A stretch of 55,997 nt of DNA from Catajapyx aquilonaris. Its lineage: Eukaryota. Within the stretch, counting starts at the first letter, position 1. Every line of letters begins with the position of its first letter. The stretch covers positions 1 to 55,997 of the forward strand of contig JYFJ02002489.1 of the NCBI GenBank assembly GCA_000934665.2, read 5' to 3'. Below the pieces are notes generated by a model. It did not search any database. It saw nothing but the letters and a program-made list of their open reading frames with translations, and was not told where the DNA came from. Shown here one piece after another: positions 37,592 through 48,057 of the stretch. Position numbers and translations under genes: made by a program.

Positions 37592-38141
37592 TAACTTTCT
37601 GTAACTAGACCTGAATAAAAAGCCCACAAATAATAATAATTACGAGTAATATTCTGCAAATAATTCCACGTGTCACAATAATATAAATAATTCCCCAAAA
37701 CTGCCTCTTTAGACCTATCCTATAGGGTACATATAATAATAATATTTTTTTTAAAATTACTTCTGTCTAGTCACTGCAGTATAGTTACATAACATTTCAG
37801 TGATGTGTAGCAGATCTCGCAGTTATATCGGCATCAGCAAAATGCAGCGACTACCACGTCTTTTCACGCCCATGCGTGATAAATGGAAGCTAATTCCTCA
37901 TTGTAATTGCGTCTGAAATGATTAGTATGCAAAGCCCTGAGGGCATAAAATCAGGTGGGAAGAACTTCTCTGGCTATTACTGCGGAGTGTAGGAGTCGGA
38001 TCTGACGCAACTGTGAGTACAATAGTAACCGCATCAAATAAGTGAATCCTTACAACAGACATTACATCGGTATGTTCCTAAAAATGATTTGCCTTCCGTC
38101 CTCTAGAGCTAGACAAACAGAAATTGTACAACGCAAAAAAT

Positions 38142-38690
38142 ATGAGGTTCCTTTTTGTCCTGATGCTGCTTTTATCTGTTGTGGTAAGTGACGTTTATAT
38201 GGTTACGACATTTCCAAGTATTTTTCCTTATGCGTTTCATGCTAATGTTTTACGGGTCCCGGATGAGCTGCAATCTTAAAATAATGTATTAGGAAGATTG
38301 CTGCTGTGCACGAAAATATACGCTATCATTCAGGGTCGCATTGGTTGTGACTCATGTCACATACTCCTTACTGTACTTCCTTCTCCTCAGGCTATTGCCA
38401 TGAGCGCCAAGCGTTGTCCAGGATCCAACGTCCAATGTCCGAATAAGGAGACCTGCTGCAGGGGTGGATCAGGAGCCGTTTTCAAATGCTGCGGATTCAA
38501 CAATGTAACACACAATCGCTTCTCATACAAATGATGCGTTTTATTAATCCATGTATAATTTCTACAGGGCATTTGCTGTTCTGACAGACGCCACTGCTGC
38601 CCTCGTGGGCACAGGTGTGACATTGTCAACCGTCGATGTATCAAGGGTAGAAAGGGATCAGGGGAAATTGCTCAATGGAAGAGCTTCTAA
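38142..38690 (+). CDS. Gene J: secreted cationic single-granulin protein (92 aa)
   Basis: Exons 38142-38183 (MRFLFVLMLLLSVV), 38391-38504 (AIAMSAKRCPGSNVQCPNKETCCRGGSGAVFKCCGFNN), 38568-38690 (GICCSDRRHCCPRGHRCDIVNRRCIKGRKGSGEIAQWKSF*). Confidence 0.9.
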
Positions 38691-38771
38691 AATCATCGCC
38701 GGAAGCTGTCTCTCTATTGTATAAAAAGTTACTAACACATTAAAAATGTTGCGTCCATGTTTTTGGCAACC

Positions 38772-40270
38772 TTATTTACGCGACAATCCTGAAACATTTT
38801 CTGGTTTGATAAGTGGCAGAGTGTCATCGCAACTTTCTACAAACGAATATGGAGTGTCCAGTTTGGGGCAATACAGACCCTTGACCACTTCCAGTGCGTA
38901 GTTGGCTCTCCTCTTTGCCATCTTCTTCTCCTGCGTAATCTTCTGAGATGTCTCTTGGCGACTCCAATAGCGAAATTGTTCCACGTACGGAGTCTTCCGG
39001 ACTTCCTTGGGGACGTACAGGCCGTAACGGAAGTACCACAGATGACGACGATAAATGTTTATGGTGCTGGCAGTCTCGATGAACTCGTCCTTGAGGACTT
39101 TCAGGTCCCGCTTCAAGTCTTTCATTTCCAATAGGCAGGTGGGAAGGAGACGTCGATCTGCACATAATCGGCACAGCCTACGAGAAATGCCAAAATGCAA
39201 ATATTTATTGCGGCAATGATGCAATGAATGCTTACTAACCTGATTTTTCGGCACAGCTTGTTTCTGTTGAGACCGTGGGCACGCAGGCTTTCTTTCAGGC
39301 ATTTATATTCAGATATTATTTGCTCTTGGACCTTCAGTTGTCGTTCCAGGCGATGTTCCAGCACATAAATAAGTTTCTCCAGTTCTGGAGGAATGGTTCG
39401 CTTGTGACAACAGCAAAGAAGACCTGCAATGTGTAGGCCTAATAAGTAACATCAGTCTCAAAAATAACTAACTGGATATTTAAAGCACACTATGCCAATA
39501 TACAGTGTAAATAATATGCACGTGTCAAATACCACTAAGATTAGTGCGTGCTGGTATGTGATTTTTTGTATTGATGAATAGGCTATTCAAAGTGAAGTCT
39601 AACAGCTATATATGTCTGTCAAGTACCCCAAATTTTTGTTCAGCCTCCTGATATTCCACCTAATGATATGTTGTTTTTACAGCTTCTATCTTGACGCACG
39701 TGAGGTGGCTCACACCCTGGTTAAATAATACAATATTTAACAAAATAGTAATTTCCTGACGTTTTAGTTTTAGTCCTATATTCTTACCATTTGAGGGTAG
39801 TTTAAATAAGTCAAAAATTATTGTATAATAACAATGTAAGCAAATTTGTATAATAAATATATAAATAAATAGCATAAATATCCAAAGACTATTTTTAAAG
39901 TCCTTGCAGGTGCTATTAAGCAATCTACATCACTCACCCATTTTGCCTGCCCCTTCCTTATACTGTTGTCACTTACGGCCTCACATCCCAACTGAATTGG
40001 ATTTCGAAGCTCCCAATTTCTAGTAAAATTCAAAATGGAATGACCTAGTAGCAACCCTGGTAAAATGTTCCTTTAATAATAGCCCTGGGTGAAATGCTAA
40101 ACTCCAATGTTGTGTCAAATGTTAACCGCTTCATACTAGTAATTGCATGCTCTGTAAACACTTAAAAATGCATTAGATACATAGAACGTTGGCTTACAAT
40201 ATGGGGAAATTCCCTGAGTCAGTCTCCGTCCTCCTTGACATTGAATATTTGACCCAGACGCATCTAGCAT
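38772..40270 (-). CDS. Hypothetical basic, partly coiled-coil protein (about 220 aa, 3 exons)
   Basis: Exons 40198-40270, 39240-39423 and 38772-39177 join in frame through GT-AG sites: MLDASGSNIQC...CLLCCCHKRTIPPELEKLIYVLEHRLERQLK...LCRKIRLCRLCADRR...GLSRK*. No family recognised; first exon less certain. Confidence 0.6.
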
Positions 40271-41839
40271 TTCGGATAAGGCACGAAAAAAGGGACAGGG
40301 TGAGCAAAAAAAAATGAATGGGGGTATTATTCATTGAGATGTGTTACCTTGACGTTGGCGGAATAGCCCCAGGGTCAAGTGAAGGTGCGGTGAACACATG
40401 GACGAAGACAAGGAAAAGTCCTTGACTTAGAGATATGAAAGAGAGTAGAACGAATCGTGCAAAAAGTGCTGACGCGTTTCGCAAGAGTTCGCCAAGTTCA
40501 AATTGCTAAAAAAAACCTTTATAGCGCAGGAGAATCAGATGGCGTGAGTAAATTAGCTATTATATGTCAAATTTACATGCCTGTTAATTTCGGCATGAAA
40601 TAAAACCTGATTAGTCAATCTGTACTCTGTATGGCCTTCTACATCGTGCATAATCCGAGCAGTAAAAACACATACCTACGTGCTGTAGGCTACGTAATGT
40701 AGAAAGCGCACTTATAAGGTGCAGCGAGCTAATGTACGTATATTCAAATAAGCTACTGAGTTGGTGACCTGAGAAGATCCGGGATGTAATCTCTCCTCAG
40801 TTTACCATTTTATGAGAAATTTGCGTCACTGTGTATGAACGAGTTCCGCCGGATAAATCTGGTTTGCCTGATGATACCTTACTGACCAGTTTGTGGTCCG
40901 AGGGGGATTCCCTTGACGTCATTCAGATGACCCGTGAAAACACTTCCGCTGTAAGTGGATTTGGTCTGACTCTACTGTTATGACAGCATATCCACATATG
41001 CGTGTGCACAAGGAAATGTGTGGTATGGTAGTGAATAATTCAATAGTAACTGAGCTGACACTCGATTACGAAATATTATGGTTGTTCTTCGTACACCGGT
41101 TTGCATCACTTACCTCAGATTCCCCGACAAATTTCTGTAAATTGTAAAAGCCATCATCTGATGTCATAGTTTTTGTAACTGAGATAAGGGGAAATGTCAA
41201 TAAGATGTTGCTCATGTGCATTATAAAACAAATTCTATTTTCTCATGATCATTACCGTAATTATATTATGAGTTACTCATTTTTAAAATACAAGTTTCCA
41301 ACTTGGTAGAACCGCTACGATAAAAGTATGTTTGCTAGCAGTATAGGTCTACTTCATATCAGCAAAGTTATGACGACCTTAATCTTCACTAGAGGGGGGG
41401 GGGAGGGGGGGTGGCGTGAAATTATGCATTACCCATTGATCGTCCAAACAACCGGAGGCAAAGACGTCATTGGTTGCGTATATCAGTGCTCATACCGCCC
41501 CGGGAGGAACACGAGACAAGGATTTCTAAAATGAGCAATAACAGTCTGGCCTCTGTATACCCGAATATCTTTTAAAGGTTTCTTACCTGGAATTCCCACC
41601 TACTGGGCTGGCAATGAGCTGCATGACAAGGTCGTATAATTCAACCCCTGCCACCACCTCCACAACCCCTTTTTTGCGGAGGTAAGTATGCATGGGGGGG
41701 TGGAGGACATGTGGGGGAAGATGGGGTGGGGGGGGCTTAACCCAGTGGAGTATAAAAATGCTTCTCCTGCGGAATTTTGGATACTCTTTGTGCAGGTACT
41801 CTTTGTGCACCTCGGCAGTTTCACGCAACACCTAGAAAA

Positions 41840-42187
41840 ATGAAGGCTGTGGTAAGTATTGCCTTGGTTTGTTTCTAGAAGTCACCAAGTTCCATTGATT
41901 AGGCTATTAACTTACGCTATTATTTCATATCTGTTTAGTTCGTAGCTCTTTTTGTACTGGCACTGGTGGCACTGGCTGTAGCCAACCCCCGCCGCGGTTA
42001 TGGCTATGGCCACGGCGGATATGGTCATGGTGGTTGGGGTCACGGTGGCTATGGTCATGGCGGATATGGCGGATATGGCCACGGGGGATATGGCGGATAT
42101 GGCCACGGGGGGTACGGCCATGGGTATGGTCATGGATACGGTGGACACGGCTATGGAGGGTATGGTCATGGACATCATTACGGTTAA
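41840..42187 (+). CDS. Gene L: secreted Gly/Tyr/His-rich peptide (86 aa)
   Basis: TATA at 41751; exons 41840-41851 (MKAV) and 41939-42187 (FVALFVLALVALAVA-NPRRGYGYGHGGYGHGGWGHGG...GHHYG*); probable 3'-UTR intron from 42192; AATAAA at 42438. Confidence 0.9.
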
Positions 42188-42745
42188 ACAGGTCAGTCTT
42201 TTGTATTTTATTTGGTATCGGCATTTCCTTTTACATTGGTGAGAAAGAATGCGTGATTAACAGAGTTATCCTTTTCATTCATTTCAGCAGGACAAGCTTC
42301 CAGGTCCCAGCCGGCGTCACTCGCCACCAGTCACAGTCCTTTCCGTCTGCCATTGCATCCGTCAACAAATTGTCTCCAAGTGTCGACAAAGCCCCACACA
42401 GATGTTTAAATTGTTATGTTGTTGAAGTACAAAAGTGAATAAACCAATTTTATTGACATGTGTCTTTGCTATATTTGTGACGTGTCTACAGTCTACATGT
42501 CTCTCATAAACGGTAAGAAATTATTGAATTATTATTGTAAGATGTCTCTTGGTGTTCTCAAGTGCATTTAGTCGCCTAAACTCTTTGTTTTTATTTTTAA
42601 AAAGGACACTGTACTTTACCTTTCATTTTTATTCTGATATTATTGGTAAATTGACATTAAATCAGGCACAAGCTGAACATGCATTAATGCATAATAAGTG
42701 AGTAGTCCAAGACTGATTTAACATAAGGTCTGTGATAGCTATTTT

Positions 42746-45197
42746 TCACTTCAAAAATGGGTATCGGTTGTGCTTCTGACTAAATGCTCTTCTTAGCTTC
42801 GGCCATGATCGATTAATTTTATTAAGAAGCATTTCAAAAAGAAAACCAATGACACTGAGTGTCCATCCGTAAAAGACGAGCAAAAAAGGTCCATTCATTT
42901 TGTCCAGCCCGTGAGCCTTGGGGCCTTTTCCCTGTTGGTCACCTTTGTGCATGTTGGTTTCCCCATTCTTAGCTTTTCGAAGTCCGATCATGCGATTGAC
43001 CCTGACATTGTATTTTGACCAGCGAAGGTAAACCCCGGCTCCCATCATGCTCAAAATGGCCTTGTCAAAAGCTGAAGCATACACTGCATCCCGACGTACA
43101 GCCAGGGATGCCTCGAATCCAAAAGCCTTCTCGGATGACAGATGCGTCATCTCCTCTCCCTAAATTCATGCAAAAGAAATGACCATTTTATTTTTACAAA
43201 ATAATGGCATGGGCTAACATCAGCAAGGGCTAGTTTTTCTTTAAGATGACTGTCTCCACTTTGCATATGAATGAACATGCACGTGAGTGCACGAGATCCC
43301 TTAACTTAGTGTTTCATCAATAGGATAAGAAGTGTTTTTTTCCCTTACGTGCGTGTTGACTTGCACTGCCTTTAAGCTGCGCAGTAATTCTACGCTTGAA
43401 AGGCAAGCCCATTTAGGATCATCAGTAGCCAAAATGCAATCTTGTAATGAGTCCTTTCCCTAAAGGAACAAAACCGTAAAATTATTATCAGTGGGTACCC
43501 CCGAAATTATGTGAGTGACGTCCAATAATAATATGTGGAATGCTCAATTAAATTAATATAAACCATCATCATGCATTTTTATCACGTTGGGTTATACCTG
43601 GATATTATTACGTATCATGGCGACGTCAGGGTCATCCTTTTGATTCTCAGAAAGAATCATAAATAATACGATTTGGGCCGTGGCTCCTCCATAGGCATAG
43701 TCGGAATGCACAAGTTCCGATATGGTGTCTGGAATCTTCTCCTTGGGTGGAAAGGTCAGGTAGTAGAATAGTTGGGTCTTGTAAAGAGTGGCCATGACTA
43801 TAGCAAATAACCACCAGGTGCCTAGAAAGATCTTGTTGTCAATCTTGCTAGCCAGACTGCCCACATCTTGTTCTATTAGGCTCAAGACCACAAAGTTAAA
43901 TCCAGAAAGTGCGCTTTTAGGTTTCAAGAGGGCTAATCCTATTAGTAGACCCGACGCAGACGCTGACAATGAAAGCATGAACCATATGTGTATCGGAAAT
44001 GGCAGAATTAGGATCTTCCAGGTGTAGTTGGGCTTGGCTTTGGCCAGAATGAAGCTGACATAGTCCTGGTAGAAAACCTGCAACATTATACGGCAATAGA
44101 AATTATCATAAAATACTGGTCAGTGCACTATCCTGCACGTTACATGCATATAATGTTAATGCAAGTCGTACCGGATACATATGTGCTTGTCGCACCATGC
44201 TGTGGGTAAGCAATTGAAACGGGCAGAAATCAACTTTTCTGGTCATGACTGCTTTAACCATGGCTCCAACATCTGTGTCATCATTAAAGGCGCTGATCAA
44301 ATCGCCCCGACCATACGGAGACTCTTCAAGTTTCCATTTATAATGGAAAACGTCGCCCAGAAGTACAAGCATGGGCATGAAAAAGGGGGACGGCTCCATC
44401 AGTTCATTACGATCCAGCCTCCGCAAATGCGTCTCATTGTACACAGCAGGAAACATTCCTGCAATCAATTTACCATTTACATGGTGGACCATGCTTATAT
44501 TGAACAAGAGCTGCTTACCTTTCAGGTGTTTGCCGTGAAATCCACGAAATAGCTCTGGGTACGGATTTCCACTCAGTTGAAGGCGATGTGTTTCATTATA
44601 TTCGCCCATCAAGAGAAGGTCGTCTCTCCCATTGTCGCAAAAGAAGCATAAAGCCCACAGCTTAGACAGATCTTCCTCGACCACCAACTTGTACTTAATT
44701 TCTCCAACGATGTATGTGCTCAGCAGATCCTTCACATCTCCCTCCCTAGACCACATCAGAAAGTAGTCGAATGTTCTTCGCACATTCAACTCTGCTTCTG
44801 CTTTCATCAGAAGAGTCACAACGCCAACAGGATTCTTTCCGATAATGACGTAGAGGACTCTCTGGCCGGACAGAGCTTCACTGGTATAGTCGTATGAGAT
44901 CATAGTTTGATTGGAAATGTCCAGATCTTCCAGTTCAGGAGGCCTGCCGTTCTCGGGGACAGAAAACTCATGTAGAATGTACAACGGCTGCTTATTGGGA
45001 CTTGATGTAAGCACGGTGGAGATATGGGAAGGAATCTCGGTTGGATAATCATGGATCAGAGCTACAGTACAATCAGTTAAAGTGGATCGGATAATTTCTT
45101 CCAATATGTCGCCAAACTTTTCATCAGAGCACCTTGATGTGAAAGAATTTAAACTTATAATCATTAGAGTAACTGTCGCTAGAGCCTTGGTCCACAT
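42746..45197 (-). CDS. Divergent ionotropic receptor (variant iGluR/IR), copy 1 (about 656 aa)
   Basis: Exons 44519-45197, 44172-44458, 43598-44077, 43349-43459, 42746-43159. Signal peptide; CFFC...YPELFRGFHGKHLK; ILPFPIHIW (TM1); FLGTWWLFAIVMATLYKTQL..LTFP..IPDTISELV (TM2); FDKAILSMMGAGVY; GLDKMNGPFLLVFYG (TM3). Confidence 0.85.
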
Positions 45198-45333
45198 GGT
45201 TACTCACTCAATGAGAGAATTATTCCGAAACATACTTTTGTAGCCTACTACACGTTTGGGTTTGCACTTTTTCAGAGTGCACCTGCTAGGGTTATCAGGC
45301 CGTTTGGGATAAGTAATGCATGTAAGACACATA

Positions 45334-45375
45334 GTTTGGTAGTCTTTGATCAGTTCTGATCAAAGACTACCAAAC
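45334..45375. repeat. Perfect 20-bp inverted repeat (2-nt spacer)
   Basis: gtttggtagtctttgatcag-tt-ctgatcaaagactaccaaac. Confidence 0.9.
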
Positions 45376-46284
45376 ACTGTGTAGAACTCTGCCACATATT
45401 TACGGCATGCAATATTCAGCACCTTCTAGTATAGATAACTTTGCTGGAGCATCAGTCGTGGCTATTCTTGTAATAATCAGAGTGATGATCGGAACATAAA
45501 GTACTGCGACTCATTACAAGGGCATAATAATATTGTCATATTACAGGACACCGGTAAGTGGGCCTTGCATAACGTAAAGAGGTCTACTTTATTGTATTAT
45601 TGACAAATACAAATACTTTCACTACATAGCGTGTAGCTAACATAATTTTGGTATCGATACTCGATTTTCACAACAGCTTTGAGTTTTGTCTTCATTTTAT
45701 ACAGTTAATTATCTTGTCAGACTTAGGTATCTCTTTTCCCCCCGTTTTATAAGTTTAATAAATGCCCTTCAGCCTTCATCAGCCAGAGCATCAGCCTATA
45801 TACACTCTTATAGACTTGTGACTTTCCACTATTTATTTTGCAGTTTTCCTGCTTTAATCATTTGTTTATACTGTACTCGTACATTTCTGCATAAATGTTA
45901 CATCTTTCTTGTAAGTAACTATTTCAGTGTGACACATTCTTCAGCAATCTTACTTGGGTATTTAACATGTATGCATATACAGTATGTACAGTATATCACA
46001 ACATAAGGAAGAAAATATCAAGCAGTGTTCACAGGCAAAAGACAATTTGCAACGACAATCAAAATAATATATTGGTCAGCTGCTATATTTGTTTTGAATT
46101 GAGTATATGGATATGGATAGGCCATTGAGTACATACGTATGTATGGAGAAACGTTACTGCAGTAACTGTGTTCACATAAAATATTGCCGTTGAGGTTTGA
46201 GCTTGACTGCCTGAGAATTAAGCAGCACATTTTAGTTTCTTTAAATAATTATCGGATAATTCCACTCGATATTGTAATTCGACT

Positions 46285-46485
46285 ATGACCCATTAGCTAC
46301 GACATTGCACCTTGCACCCATGTTCCCTCCCCAAAAATCCCTATCCTTTCCCATTGTCCTTGTTTCCTTGCACCGGTGAATGAAGTGGAAAAAATATATA
46401 TAGAAAAACTGATGGTGGTATGCCACCCCCCGAAGCAGGACGTAATGTACTGAGCAGGGGTAATGAAATAAATAAATAAATAAAA
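46285..46485 (+). mobile_element. 5'-truncated retroposon insertion (LINE/SINE 3' end)
   Basis: Exact 16-nt TSD atattgtaattcgact at 46269-46284 and 46486-46501; (AAAT)n tail preceded by gcaggggta. Confidence 0.75.
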
Positions 46486-46962
46486 ATATTGTAATTCGAC
46501 TCATGTAATCAAAAATTTTGTATAGGTTTTAAACCACCGGAATTTGGGCACCTTTGTCATGTATCTCCTTTGAATGTGCAGTGTGGAGGTAGTTTTTACA
46601 TTTTTTGTTCCAGATCAAGGTCTCGGTAATATTACATTGCAATATGGGGTATGTCATACGTAGTCATGTAGATGTACGATTCTCTCGTATTTGACATTTT
46701 ATTATTGATGCATTCCCATTTTGATATGTAGTGCAATTTCTACGAAAATCCGAGTTAAAATGTACTGGCATACTCATACATACATAATACACAATATTTT
46801 TATAGCGTTCACGATGCCTTCTATTCCCATAGTATCACTAAAATTTAGGTAAAGTCATTACTTACCTTTTTATCCATACATATGCTCAGATGGGCAGAAT
46901 GTCATGACATGAAAACATTGCGGAATGTTTTATTGCTTAATATATTAATTCTTGGCAATATA

Positions 46963-47356
46963 CAGGGTGTTCTCGAATTCGTCTGCCAAAATGATGTGGG
47001 TGGTAGGGGGAGGGTATGGAAGAATCATGGCATGGGCCCTAAAGGCCGACGACGACATTGACGTCGACAATGTCTATCCTGACAATTATGGGTACCTCCA
47101 TGCATGGTTGCATTGCTGGTTGCCGGGATCAGGCACTCCCACTACCAAGCCATTTCTCAACCGCCTGATTCTGGCAACCAGCAAAGCAGGAATGCACGGG
47201 GGTATCCATAATTGTCAGGATAGACATAGTCGATGTCAAAGGTCGACATCTCCAAAAACATATCGTCACCGGCCTGTCGGGCCCATGCCATCCTTTACCA
47301 TACGCACCTCCCTACCACACATATCATTTTGGCAGACGAATTCGGGAACGCTCTTC
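46963..47356. mobile_element. Tc1/mariner-type MITE (copy 2, same family as 29733-30136)
   Basis: TA-cagggtgttctcgaattcgtctgccaaaatgat... / ...atcattttggcagacgaattcgggaac; shares tcgatgtcaaaggtcgacatctccaaaa with copy 1; right tip degenerate. Confidence 0.8.
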
Positions 47357-47463
47357 TATGACGTCAGTTTTCAAATAAAATTACCGGAAATCTCTGATTT
47401 ATACGTCAAACGAAGATATTAAGAATTTAACATTTTCTTTAAAATATTAAGTCAATGTACATG

Positions 47464-47676
47464 TAGGGTGAAGTGGGGGAAGTGCACACCCGGGGTAAGT
47501 GCACATATTGTGCCGCCATATTGGAATGAAAATGGCTGACAAAACACGTCAGCTATGTAGCTGCACAGTGCAGCTACATAGCTGACGTGTTTTGGTGTCG
47601 TCAGCCATTTTCATTCCAATATGGCGGCACAATATGTGCACTTACCCCGGGTGTGCACTTCCCCCACTTCACCTTA
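47464..47676. mobile_element. Near-perfect palindromic element with arms of about 100 bp (hairpin MITE)
   Basis: ggtgaagtgggggaagtgcacacccgggg...gtagctgcac-a-gtgcagctac...ccccgggtgtgcacttcccccacttcacc; one 6-nt insertion in the right arm. Confidence 0.8.
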
Positions 47677-48057
47677 TACGAAATTAGTATATGAATTTGA
47701 ACACTAGAAAATTACGAACCACGAATGTCTACTGTCTTCAGTTCTTTCTGTATTATTATGTTGTCTGCTGGCTTATACAGGCTATACACTCATGTTATAT
47801 AATGCACCACGCGTCCACGCGGACATCATGCAACACTCTGAAAGAGTGAAAGGCATCATGCTCTTTCGTCTCTGCCTTTAAGAACATGAGTATACACATA
47901 CTCCGCTGTTCTTGAGGTGTATAATTTTTTAAAAAAGTTCACTTTTCACTGTTGATTTTGTAATGGGTAGTCAGTAGTCTGACTGTATTTTGTTCCTTGA
48001 ATGAGTTTTTTCCCATACTTGAAAACAACATAATTATCTACCCAGCATAAGGGCGCG

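Noticed and set aside
19630..38690. One multi-module progranulin gene
   Set aside because: Each module has its own ATG/signal exon and stop codon, and the modules lie on both strands.
41912..42438. Overlapping repetitive ORFs such as WRIWPRG and HIRHIPRG (also at 54363-54653)
   Set aside because: Alternative frames or strands of the GGYG repeats in genes L and M.
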